Source: Hemiscyllium ocellatum (lineage: Eukaryota). From it: DNA of 64,000 nt. The translations under genes and the position numbers were made by a program. Location: positions 17,061,363 through 17,125,362 of the forward strand of contig NC_083433.1 of NCBI RefSeq assembly GCF_020745735.1, in the 5' to 3' direction. Below the pieces are notes generated by a model. That model saw nothing but the letters and a program-made list of their open reading frames with translations, had not been told where the DNA came from and searched no databases. Below, in pieces: positions 48,527 through 60,398 of the stretch. Every line of letters begins with the position of its first letter. Position 1 is the stretch's first letter.

Positions 48527-51500
48527 TGTGAGATCTTGTGTTCTAATAACTCACTCACTAGCTTGCTATATTCATTATTACTGGTTCCTGTTCATTCATT
48601 CATAACCCTTTACTAGCCTTTTATTTATTATATCACTGTTTCATTCTTTCATTCATAAAACTACAGTTCTGTATTATAGTTTACTATCGCAAGTTTACTA
48701 TAGACTAAGACTAAAGCAGTACTTCCAAACCCCTTACTGTTCCTTCACACCTTCAATCCTTATCAGACCTATTTACATCAAAAGCTACCTCTGTTAAATC
48801 TCAGACTACCTACCTATTCAGAACAATGTCAGCCCTGACGTCATGCCTCCATTACCTACCCGAAACTATGGAAAGAATATATTAATCAGCCCTTACCATT
48901 GTCTCTCAGACAAGAATAGATTACAAAACACCAAATATGTTCCCCAATTAGTATGTACTTGTTAAATACCTTTTAACTGGGCTGTTATCCCTTTAAGAAA
49001 CTAATTGTCAAAACAGCACTTATGTGAAATTGTATAAATGAATGAAACTCTCAAATAGTAAACAAATTTCAACCCAGTATGGTAATCAGTTTAATATCCT
49101 TTAAAGTTTTATTAAGTACGTGTACAATTTCTAACTTATTTAGAGCATATAGGCCCAGTATTATTTACGAACATTAACTAACTTAAAATATAAAAGGACT
49201 AACATCTCTTAAATATGCGATCAGATCAGACAGACACCTTTAATCCTAAGAGGAGCAGCAGCCACCTCTCAGCTCATGTTATAACCCATCTCCTGTTTCC
49301 CAGGATGGAATTTTCTCAAACTTTTGTGTACCTGAGATAAAACAATGTAACACCATAGTATTGAAATTTTAATATATGTAAGAACTGTGTATAAAGAGGC
49401 TATTGTAAGAATTGTATTTCAGGATGTGCTAATCTGGCTGCTGAATAAAGAGACTATTTTTGCCACTCAGCGATTTTGGTCTTTATTTGAACATGATCCA
49501 ACAAGTAGTTGGCGATACGGACCAGAAGCAGGCAAATGGGTCTAGTTTAATATGCCCTAAGAGGGTTTATGAAGGACTTATGTCCAAAAGGTTGACCCTC
49601 CTGCTCCTCAGATGCTGCCCAATCTGCTCTGCTTTTCATGCACCACACTTTTCAACTCTGTTCTCCAGCATCTGCATCCCTGACTTTCTCTGATTTGGGG
49701 CAAAGGGCTTGTTTCCATGCTGTAGACCTGTAAGTAATCAAGCTTTGTGGGACTGAAACAAGAACCAATTTGATCAGAACGTGAGAGTAGAGCAAGAAGG
49801 AATATATTTGTAGCTGAAAGTACAGCAAGGGGAATTGACACTATTCTCTGCAGCATAGAATGTATATCCTGACAGCCATGACTTGGAGGTGCCTGTGCTG
49901 GACTGGGGTGGACAAAGTTAAAAATCACAACACCAGGTTGTAATCCAACAGATTTATTTGGAAGCTTGCTTTCAAGGCGCTGCCTCTTCACCACCTGAAG
50001 AGGAGACAGCGCCTCAAAAGTTCGTGTTTCCAAATCAACCTGTTGGACTACAACCTGGTGTTGTGTGATTTTTAACTTTATCCTGACAGCTGTATTATAT
50101 ATCTGAATCAGTGGTGCTGGAAGAGCACAGCAGTTCAGGCAGCATCCAACAAGCAGCGAAATCGACGTTTCGGGCTTTTGCATCTGCATCTGCAGTCATT
50201 GTTTTTACCCTGTATTATATATCTGTCCAGTGCCAAGCTTAGGGTATCTGCCCTTGGGCTGATGAGAAACCTGTATTGAAAAAGGAAAAAATACAGTGGT
50301 ATTAAATTAATAAACAAGACCTAATAGGTACAAATTTCTGGATTATTATTCAAGCCATGTGCAAATTGTCATAGAGCAAATAAGGTTAGAGATATTAATA
50401 CATGACTCAAAGACTGGAAGAATTGGGTGCAAGTTCATTGGGCACTGGCACCAACATGGGAGAAAGTACAGTTTGTCCTGTTGGGATGGTGAACACCTGA
50501 ACTGTGCTGGGATTGGTGTCCTATTGAGCTGCATAACTGGGGACATGAAAAGCTCTTTAAAATAAACAAGACATTGAGGGATCAAGTTTACTAGGTGTAG
50601 CAAAACAAGGGGGAAGAGTCAAAACAGGTGATCAAATTGGTAATATGGGAAATGAAGGTCAGAGAATCGCAGGAAGGCACAGGGAGGAAAAAAATTAAAA
50701 ATTCACCAACAGTCAAAGTTACATGTCATAAAGATAACAAAAAGAAAACCAAAGGCCTTTTCTGAAACAAACAAAAATAAATAAACTTACCAGGTCTGGC
50801 AGTATCTATAGGGAGTAAAATAAGTTCATGGTTTTTTAGTTCGGTGACCCTTCAGACTTGAAAGCAGTTTGGAAAAGGTATTGATGTTGATGACATGGGA
50901 GTTGGAGGACAAAGGAGAGACTGAACAAGTAGGGATAGAATGCAAAGAGAGAAATAAAGATAGGCAAATAAAGGGATTGATGATGGTAAAGTGGGCAAGA
51001 AAAAATGCTTGATAAGTGATGATGGCCAACATCTGCTCGCACGTCTTATGATGAACATTGAAGTAACATTAGCTCCATCCAATCTGATGCTGTCACAGTT
51101 TTTCATAGAAGCATTGGGTTCTTGCTGACCGCTTGAAGGGATTAGATGTTTTCTGCACAGTTCTTGCAAGTTATGACAAGGAATGCAAACTGTACTACAA
51201 CAAAACATCTTGAGCACCCAATGTGGAGGATGGGGGGCACATCAGAGGATCTCCTCTTGGGTCTGCTCCTGGGCCTGGCCAAGCTGGCCATTAACAGGTC
51301 CAGGCGGTGGACCATGGAGGGGGTCGTTATGGCCGATTGCCTGTCCCTCTTCCACGGTTACATTCGGGCCCAAGTGTCCCTGAAGAAGGAGCACGCAGTA
51401 TCTACCAATACCCTTGAAGTTTTCAGGGAGAGGTGGGCACTACAGGCGTGGAGTGTTTTATTTCCCCCTTCCAATTCTAATTTACTTTCCTCCCTTTCAC

Positions 51501-52196
51501 TTTTTCATACACTTAGGCATTGCCCTTGATAGGAAAGAAATATAAACTATCTTGATAACTAAGACAAGAAGTTCTTTTTAGACACCATTGCTCTATTCTC
51601 TACCACTGATAGTTAGAACCCAGCCAGAGGATAAACAAAGGAAGATTGTTGGCAAGCAAACTTCCTCGACCCCCTTTACCCCAGTCCCAAATAACAGACA
51701 AATAACATGGAAACTAAATATTCTAAAAGATTAGACGGGAAACAAATAATACATTTTTTAATCTTTTTCTTTGTAAACTCATACATTGTCACAATTGGAA
51801 TAAAGAGTCAATTCTGAAGTAATATCCAACTGAAGACTTTTTTTTTCAGAGATGCTGCCAGACCCAATGAGTTTCTCCAGTACTCCCTTTGCAGTTCAGG
51901 TTTCCAGCCTCTGCAGTATTTAATCTGTTATTTATATATATTATCATTTTTGATTGGAAAACCTTTGGTGTCCCTGTCATTCAATAAACCAGGCCATTCT
52001 AACGCAGTACCTCAAACCCGCCGCTCGGAAAGACGGCGCTGTTGAGGCTGTAAACGGTCTGCCAGGCCTTCAGGGGGCGCTGTGGGATCGCTTTACTTCA
52101 GCTCGGGCACCTCTTGGCCTGGCCGTTTCATCCTGAGTCCTCGGCGCGGCTGGTGGAAGGCGGCCGCAGGCTGGAACGGCTCCGGGCAGCCGAGCG

Positions 52197-52251
52197 ATGT
52201 CGGCAGCGCTGGTCAGGAGGGGGCTCGAATTGATGAGCCAGGATTTGAGAG
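52197..52251 (+). CDS. RPS19BP1: Active regulator of SIRT1 (AROS), coding exon 1
   Basis: MSAALVRRGLELM matches the AROS N-terminus (human MSAALLRRGLELL); phase-1 donor AG|GTTTGT. Confidence 0.9.
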
Positions 52252-52343
52252 GTTTGTCTTCCGAGGGAAGAGTCGCCGGGTTAATGTTAAGCCGCCGTCC
52301 ATTCGCGCTCGGTCTCACGCGCTCCGTGGATCTGGAGGCAGCG

Positions 52344-52566
52344 ATTCCGACCTCCCGACACCGGATGGAGGGAGGGCGCAATTCTAACCTCCCTGCGCTG
52401 GAGGGGGGCAATTCCGACCTCCCGACACCGGATGGAGGGAGGGCGCAATTCTAACCTCCCTGCGCGTGGAGGGGGGCAATTCCGACCTCCCGACACCGGA
52501 TGGAGGGAGGGCGCAATTCTAACCTCCCTGCGCGTGGAGGGGGGCAATTCCGACCTCCCGACACCA
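52344..52566. repeat. GC-rich minisatellite, ~3.3 copies of 67-68 bp
   Basis: Unit starts ATTCCGACCTCCCGACACC at 52344, 52411, 52479 and 52547. Confidence 0.92.
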
Positions 52567-52749
52567 GTGGCGCTCTATGCGGTGTCTTCTGTTAGCTCTG
52601 TTTTCTTTCTACACAGATGCTGCCAGACTTGCTGAGTTTCTCCAGCAGTTTCTTCCAGAAATAGGATCGTGCCTGACCTGACATTCCTCACATCCACTTT
52701 CCTGCTGCTACAATTACTATATTTAAAAGGCACCTGGATGGGTACAAAG

Positions 52750-53450
52750 TGTCACAGAGATGTACAGCACAAAGATAGACCCCTGGTCCAACTTGTCCAT
52801 GCTGACCAGATATGCTAAATTAATATAAAGTCAAAAATCACACAACACCAGGTTATAGTCCAACAGGTTTAATTGGAAGCACACTATCTTTCGGAGTTAG
52901 TGTTGTGTGATTTTTAACTTTGTACACCCCAGTCCAACACCGGCATCTCCAAATCATAAATTAATATAGTCTCATTTGCCTGCACTTGGCCAATGTCCCC
53001 CTAAATCCTTCCTATTCATGTACCATCCAGATGCCTTTTAAATGTTGTAATTATTTGAGCCTCCATCACTTTGTGTGGTAGTTCATTCCATACAAGCACC
53101 ACCCTCTGTCTGTAAAAGTAGCCCTTTAGGTCCCTTTTAAATCTTTTCCTTATTATATTAAACCTACGTCCTCTAGTTCTGGACTCCCTCACCCCAAGGA
53201 AAAGACCCTGTCTGTTTACCCTATCCATGCCCCTCATGGTTTTATAAACCTTTATAAGGTTACCCCTCTGTCTCCAACGCTCCAGATAAAACAGCCCTAG
53301 CTTATTCAGCCTCTCCCTATCGCTCAAACCCTCCAACCCTGGCACCATCCTTAGAATTGTTTTCTGAACTCTTTCAAGATTCACAACATCTGTTAGGAGG
53401 GAGACCAGTATTGCATATAAATATTCCAAAAGTGGCCTAACCAAATGCTG
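52750..53450 (-). mobile_element. CR1 3' fragment with an inverted-repeat insertion at 52828-52956
   Basis: LVRPLLEY, LERVQK, VYKTMRGMDRV; the insertion has a 12-bp TSD TAAATTAATATA. Confidence 0.85.
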
Positions 53451-54910
53451 TAAGGTAGAAAGGGAGGCAAGAGAGAAGGGGGAATGGCATTTTTGATAAG
53501 CTATAACATTACGGCTGTACTTAGGGAGGATATTCCTGGGAATACATCCAGGAAAGTTATTTGGGTGGAAAAATAAGAACGGGACGGTCACCTTATTGGG
53601 ATTGTACTATAGTCAGAGGGAAATTGAGAAATAAAAGTGTAAGGCGATCTGAGTTATCTGTGTGAATATTAGGGTGGTTATGGTAAAGGATTTTAACATT
53701 CCAAATGTAGACTGGGACTGCCATAGTGTTAAGGATTTAGATGGAGAGTAATTTGTTAAGTGTGTACAAGAACATTTTCTGATTCAATATGTGGATGTAC
53801 TTACTAGGGAAGGTGCAAAATTTGAGTATGTGTTGGTGGAAGAGCACAGCAGGTAAAGCAGCATCAGAGGAGCAGGAAAATTGACGTTTCGGGCCGGAGC
53901 CCTTCATCAGGAATGATTCTTGATGAAGGACTCTGGCCCGAAGCATTAATTGTCCTGCTCCTCGGATGCTGCCTGACCTGCTGTGCTTTTCCAGCAACAC
54001 ACTCTCAACTCTGATCTTCAGCATCTGCAAACCTCACTGTCTCCTAAGTTGCAAAACTTGACCTACTCGTGGGAAATAAGGCTGAGGTGTCTGTGGGGGA
54101 CCAGTTTTGGGCCAGCGACCATAATTCTATTAGTTTTAAAATAGTGATGAAAAAGGATAGACCAGATCTAAAGTTAAAATTGGCTTTCCTCCAATTTAAA
54201 ATTTTAACAGTATTGAGCAAGAATTTTCAAAAGTTGATTGGGGACGGATGTTTGCAAGTAAGTAACAGCTGGAAAATCTCAAGCCTTCAAAAATAAGATA
54301 ATGAGAGCCCAGAAACAGTCTATTCCTGTTGGGGTGAAAGGCAAGGCTGGTAGGTGTAGGGAGTGCAGGATGACCCGAGAAATTGAGGTTTTGGTCAAGA
54401 AAAAGAAAGAAGCATATGTCAGGTACAGACAGCACAGATTGAGTGAATCCTTAGAAGATTTTAAAGGCAGTAGGAATATACTTACGAGGGAAATCAGGAG
54501 GGCAAAAAGGGGACCTGAGACAGCTTTGGCAAATAGGGTTAAGGAGAATTAAAAGGGACTTTAGAAATGTATTAAAGACCAAAGGGTAACTAGGGAGAGA
54601 AAAGGACCCCTCAAAGATCAGCAAGGCAGGAACCACAGGAGATAGCGGAGATATTAAATGAGTATTTTGCATCAGTATTTACTGTGGAATAGGAAATGGA
54701 AGATACAAAATGGGGGGAAATAGATGGTGACATCTTGAAAAATGTCCATATTACAGAGGGGGAGGTGCTGGATGTCTTGAAATGCATGAATAGAAAAGGG
54801 CTAGAGAGATATGGGCCAAATGCTGGCAAATGGACTAGAGTAATTTAGGATATCTGGTCAGCATGGACAAGTTGGATCAAATGGTCTATTTCCATGTTCT
54901 ATAACCCTAT
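53451..54910 (+). mobile_element. CR1 ORF2 endonuclease/linker fragment with a Penelope-derived inverted repeat at ~53822-54048
   Basis: Decayed DFN.P.VDW and ASDHNSISFKI motifs, followed by the CR1 tail. Confidence 0.8.
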
Positions 54911-56456
54911 GGCTCAATGACTCTGTAGACTTCACATTCTCCCCAAAGTAATGATACAGAAATGAACACAATGCCTACCAACTGTCCAGTTTTACAGGAG
55001 TTTGGTGAGATTGCAGCTGGACTTGTAGATAATTTTGGTCTCATTGTCTAAGGGAGGAACTTCCATGCCTTGGGGGCAGTCCAACAAAGCTTTTTTTGAA
55101 TTGATTCCTGGCACAATTGGGTCGTTCTGTCACAAGAAATTCAGTGAAATGGGTCTACATTCTTTGATATTTTGAACAAAAAATGGTGATTTTATGTAAA
55201 TAAATTTTAAAATTCAGAGACTTAACAAGGTGGAGGCTCTTTCCCCTGACTGGATGTTATGGTCTCCAGAGCTAGAACAGGGGGGGTCAACCATTTAGGA
55301 CTGAGGATCAAACCCACTACAGCAAGTGAATTTGAATTCAATTACCAAAATTTTGAAAGAAAGCTTCTCTCAGTAATGGTAGCCATTAAATTATCATTGA
55401 TTGGTATCAGTAACAATATCTGGTTCACTAATGACCTTGAAGGAAGGGAATCGTCTGTCCTTACCTGGTCTGGCATGTATGGGACTGCAATGCAGTAGAT
55501 ACTTGACAGGTTGTGACTGCACTTGCCTCTGCAAAACCCAAGAATGACTTGTATCTGGGACACTGATTCTCAAATGTTTTTTGGTGGAAAGAATTCCTTT
55601 CAATTGGTCTGGTAATCACAGAACTCCCTTTCTAAATTATCCTTGTGCTGCTCTAACTACCCCTCCATCTGAACTGCCCTCCCTAGCCAATCACGTACTG
55701 TGGTTACAAGAGCAGGCCAGAGATTGGGAATCCCACACAAATCAGTCTCCTCCTATTGACCGTTAGGTCAGGAGTGTGATGGAGTGCTCTCCATTTACCT
55801 GGATGGGTGCCGCTCCAACAACTCTCAAGAACCTTGATACTATCCAGGACAGAGCAGCCTGCTTGATTGACACCCCATTTCCAATCTTCAATCTTCATTG
55901 CCTCTGGTCCCAACACACTGCAGCAGTAATTTGTACCCTGTACCCAACGCACTACAGCAACTCAGAATTGACAGAATTGTTATGGCACTGAAGCAGGCCA
56001 TTTGGCCCATCATAACTGCGTCATACATTCACTGACTTCCAGACCTTTGATCTCTACAATCTGGAAGGACAAAGGCAGCACATGCATGAGAGCAACACCA
56101 TCTGCAAGTTCCCTTGCAAGGAACATACAGTCCTGACCTAAACCTATTTCATTGTTCTTGGGTCAAATTCCTGGCACTCCTATCCTAACAGTACTGTGTA
56201 TGTGTGCCTACAACCCAAGGATTGCTGCAGTTGAAGGAAGTGGCTCATCACTTGCTCAGAGTCTTTTACAGACAGACAAATGCTATCACACTAGACATGT
56301 AGTGATCACACTCCACTTTTGTTTCCTGGACTTCCTGGAATATCTCTGCAGATCCCCAGGATCCATAGACCTCAGTTTGAGAGCCATTGATCAGGTACAG
56401 AGCAGTACCTCCGGGCTGTGAAATGGAATTTAGAATCCATTATTATTATTATTTGT

Positions 56457-56780
56457 GGGCGGCACGGTGGCACAGTGGTTAGCACTGCTGCCTCACAGCG
56501 CCTGAGACCCGGGTTCATTTCCCGACTCAGGCGACTGACTGTGTGGAGTTTGCACGTTCTCCCCGTGTCTGCGTGGGTTTCCTCCTGGTGCTCCGGTTTC
56601 CTCCCACAGTCCAAAGATGTGCAGGTCAGGTGAATTGGCCATGCTAAATTCCCCATAGTGTTAGGTAAGGGGTAAATGTAAGGGTATGGGTGGGTTGCGC
56701 TTCGGCGGGTCGGTGTGGACTTGTTGGGCCGAAGGGCCTGTTTCCACACTGTAAGTAATCTAATCTAATCTAAATCTAAT
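56457..56780 (+). mobile_element. Full-length HE1/V-SINE, young
   Basis: GGGCGGCACGGTGGCACAGTGGTTAGCACTG head, intact CpGs and (TCTAA)n tail. Confidence 0.92.
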
Positions 56781-56976
56781 CATAACTGTCCATCCCAGGT
56801 ATGATTTTTCTCTGCCCTGTGAAATTCAAGAGCAACCTTAGCCAACAGTAAAGGAAATACATCTGATCCCAGTGCCACCTTTATTTCTAGATGTTCTTTA
56901 TCCAGTTTTGTGGCTGGAATTTGATTCTTGTCCTGATGCTGGTAGATGAAGCCAAACTTTGCCGTTGCTGTTTCAG

Positions 56977-57147
56977 ATAAAGGGAGGAGCAGGAAGGCCA
57001 TTCCCACGCACACGTCTGGTGCTGACCATTTGCACCAAGTTAATGCAAATAAGAAGGGAACAAAAAAGCATTTAAAGAGCTTGCAGGGACAAGGGAAGAA
57101 CAAGAACAAAGCAACTGTCAAGGGCAAAGTTATTAAATCAGCATTAG
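56977..57147 (+). CDS. RPS19BP1: AROS coding exon 2
   Basis: TGTTTCAG| ... |GTAAGT, 171 nt, phase 1-1; ends KGKVIKSAL (human KGKVPKSAL). Confidence 0.9.
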
Positions 57148-57469
57148 GTAAGTCACTCACTTGTGTTGGATTGAGTATCTTTCTCTACAGGTGTGTATGT
57201 GCACTTTCAGTTTCTGAGCTGCATCTGCTCAGCATTTGATCGTAAGGAGTACGAGTCGGCCATTTGCCCCCTCCATCCTGAACTTCTCCATTCAATAAGA
57301 CTATGGCTGACCTCACCTTGCCCTTAGCTCCATTTAATGCCAAGCCCCCTCTGAACCCTTGACTCCTTTATAGATCAAGAATCATTGACTTCCTCAAATG
57401 GCTTAAACCCCACTGCTATCTCAGGTAGAGAATGGGTCTAATCTGTATCTGATACTCTGAGTGTGTTCC

Positions 57470-57945
57470 CATAAGGCCGTGCTTGGAATACTGTACAATT
57501 CTCGTTGCCCTGTTATATGAAGAGTATTATTAAATTGGAGAAGGTGCAGAGAAGATTTACAAGGATGTTACAGGGACTGGAGGGCTTGAGTTAGAAGGAG
57601 AGTCTGGATAGAGCATAAGACATTTATAGAACTATGAGAAAAGGTGAATAGCAAAGGTCTTTTCCCTAGGCTAGGAGAGTTCAGAATTAGAGGGCATAAT
57701 TTTAAGGTGAAAGGAGAAATATTTAAAAGGGACCTGAAAGGCAACATTTTCACATAAAGGGTGGTTTGTACGTAGAATGAACTGCCAGGTGCAGGTACCG
57801 TTAAACCGTTTGAAAGACATTTGGATAAGTACATCGGTAGGAAAGGATTAGAGGGATATGGCCCAAATACAGGCAAGTAGGGCTAATTTAGTTTAGGAAA
57901 CTTGGTCAGCATGGACGAGTTGGACCGAAGGGTCTGCCTCCGTGC
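57470..57945 (+). mobile_element. CR1 3' fragment
   Basis: Decayed RT C-terminus and tail TTGGACCGAAGGGTCTG. Confidence 0.8.
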
Positions 57946-58947
57946 TGAGTGTCCTGTGCACTTGTATCCATTGCATAGAAATAGGTGGGGGGGCCATTCA
58001 GCCCCTCAATCCTATTCTGCCAATCAATTAAATCATGGTATATATTTTTAAAAATAATTTTGGTGAGGTATTCTGATGTTTTCATTCTTTTAATGGTTTA
58101 GGGTTTTGGTAGATTGAAAAGGTGAGATGGAATGTCCAGGGTAGTTGAGGACCCTACCAATGTGGACAAATAGAAGGGTAGATTGCTTAGACAGTGAAAG
58201 CAAAGGATAATTGAGAAGGATCACTCTTTCTGACCCTAAAGTTTTTTTGTTCTGATATAACAGTCAGTAACTGTCAAATGGACTAATTCAAAATAAATTA
58301 ATGCCTCAGTTGTAATGCAAGCATCAAGTTTGCACAAGCATGCTACCAGTGATGTTGTATTCAGAGAATCAAACCACCTTAGCAATGGAAGACTGAAAAA
58401 GGTCTGGAAGATGAATTATATGGTCACATAGACTGATCATGCCAAGATCTATGGAACAGGTCATGAGCCTGTCTCTAGAAGCTGTAATTGAGTGGCACCT
58501 CTTCACATCCAGCGTGTGGTGTGACAAGATACTCACCTGCTCTCACTGCCTGCCACATTCCTTTGGGAAGCATTTACAGACTGCGAATTAACTTGTTCAG
58601 CCACATTGCGAACACATCTTCACAAGGCCATCAAATCCTTAACTGGGACTTGAACCCGGAACTTCTGACCCAGAGGTAATAGCGCTGTCCACTGCAACAC
58701 ACTGCTGTTATTTTGCAGACTTTCCATTTAAATTTCTCTACGCTATGAACCGCAAATGCTCCATTCGTCAATGAGTTCTATATTCGAACTGCTTTGCTGT
58801 TTAATTCCCTGTTGTATTAGTGACTATTACGTCAGTCACGTTTAAACAGGAATACGTTCTCTACATCTTATGTTTGAAAATTAACTGATCAGTATTCATG
58901 GTAGTTACATATCTGTGAGTTAATGTGAGTCTTGTTTGCTTCCACAG

Positions 58948-59045
58948 AGGAGTATCAGAAGAAAAAGGCTGCAGATCACACAGAGGAAAATCTCCAGTAC
59001 ATGCTCGGTGCCAGGTTCCTGACTGAGAGCAAAGTGACTCAACAA
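58948..59045 (+). CDS. RPS19BP1: AROS coding exon 3
   Basis: TTCCACAG| ... |GTGAGT, 98 nt, phase 1-0; EEYQKKKAADHTEENLQYM...VTQQ. Confidence 0.9.
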
Positions 59046-59472
59046 GTGAGTGTTTCTATCACGTCAGTTTCTCACCATCTCCCACGTGTGTCGGAGTTTT
59101 GCAGATTGAAGGCCAGCTCAAAAACATCTTGACTTTGTTGATAGCACTGGATTCTGAAGCTGCGTTAGACAAGGCTGAACAAAGAACTGGACCCATAAGA
59201 ATGTGTCAGTCGCGGTTCAGTGGGTCACACGCTCACCTCAAAGTCTCAGTCTAGAAACTTGCCACAAAATGCAGGCTGAGGGACTGCTGCACAGTCAGAG
59301 GTTCAGCCTTTTGGATATGACCTTAAACCAAGGTGCTGTCTGCCTTCTCAGGTGACTGTAAAAGGAAAAAAATCGCAGGGCTGTATTTTGAAGAAAGGTA
59401 AGGGAGTTCTACCAGTGCCGATGTTTATCCCTCAACCAATATCATTAGAACAGATGGTCAGCCCTTTCTAAA

Positions 59473-59821
59473 GGTGGCACGGTGGCTCAGTGGTTAGCAC
59501 TGCAGTTTCACAGCACCAGGGGCCCAGGTTCAATTCCAACCTCAGGTTACTGTCTGTGTGAAGTTTGCACATTCTCCCCGTGTCTGTGTGGGTTTCCTCT
59601 GGGTGCCCTGGTTAACTCCCACAGTTCAAAGATGTGCAGGTTAGGTGAATTGGCCATGCTCAATTGTCCAAAGTCTTCAGGGAAGTGCAGGTTGGTGTAT
59701 TAGTCTGAGGTAATGTAAAGTAGTAGGTTAGGGGATTGAGTCTGGATAGGATACACGTCGGAGGGTTGGTGTGGACTACTTTGGTGTAATGGCCTGTTTC
59801 CACACTGTAGAGATTCTGTGA
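59473..59821 (+). mobile_element. HE1/V-SINE specific to unit 2
   Basis: Head, B box GGTTCAATTCC and V-domain; empty site at ~26008. Confidence 0.88.
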
Positions 59822-60266
59822 TAAACAAAGGGAGAAAGACTTTCATTTTTTAGTGCTTTTCATCACTAATGCCAGTGAAGTAATTTCTGAAGTGTCCGTC
59901 TCTGTTGTAATGACAGGAACATGGCACCCAATTGATGCACAGCCAGATCAGAGAGACAGCAGTGTAACAATAACCAGATCATGCGCCTTTGTGATGTTGA
60001 GAGAGGGATAAATATTGGCCGGGACACTGGGGCGAACACGCATAGTCTACACTTTCTGCAGGATCTATGGGAATTTAGCCAAGTGTGGGAGTAATGATAT
60101 CACATGATGACCTAAATGGCCTCCTTCTCCTGTATTATTCTGTGAATGGTGTTATGGAAATATAAAGCTATTGTCTCCTTCATTTTAACACACAAGCTGA
60201 CAGAGAAAACTGGTGTGCAAGTCAACTCTAAATATAAAATTCTATTTTTTTTAAAATTCATTTTAG

Positions 60267-60398
60267 GTCCTGAATTACAGTCAAGGAAGGAAAGCGAAGG
60301 ATCGTCCAGAGAAAAAGGAAGTGAAGAAGGAAAGGAAGAGCGTATTCACAGAGAGTGATTTCAGAAAGTTTGAGAGAGAGTATTTTGGGGCATCCTAA
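60267..60398 (+). CDS. RPS19BP1: AROS coding exon 4 (stop); spliced CDS 456 nt, 151 aa
   Basis: TTTTAG|; GRKAKDRP...SVFTESDFRKFEREYFGAS* matches the AROS C-terminus (human GRKACDRP...VFTEEDFQKFQQEYFGS). Confidence 0.92.
   Translation, partial: VLNYSQGRKAKDRPEKKEVKKERKSVFTESDFRKFEREYFGAS

Larger units (their letters stand above)
52000..52580 (+). promoter_or_regulatory. CpG-island promoter and first-exon region of RPS19BP1, with a CTCF-like site at 52065-52082
   Basis: High GC and CpG density against a CpG-poor background; GGCCTTCAGGGGGCGCTG resembles the CTCF core consensus. Confidence 0.7.

Noticed and set aside
52070-52635. Several ORFs with repeated peptides
   Set aside because: Translations of the CpG island and minisatellite; only 52197-52251 matches AROS.
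56457-56530. tRNA-like A and B boxes as tRNA genes
   Set aside because: They are SINE heads followed by the V-domain and LINE-derived tail, with no complete cloverleaf.
60146-60358. ORF ...GPELQSRKESEGSSREK...
   Set aside because: Wrong frame of RPS19BP1 exon 4; the phase-0 frame from 60267 gives the AROS C-terminus.
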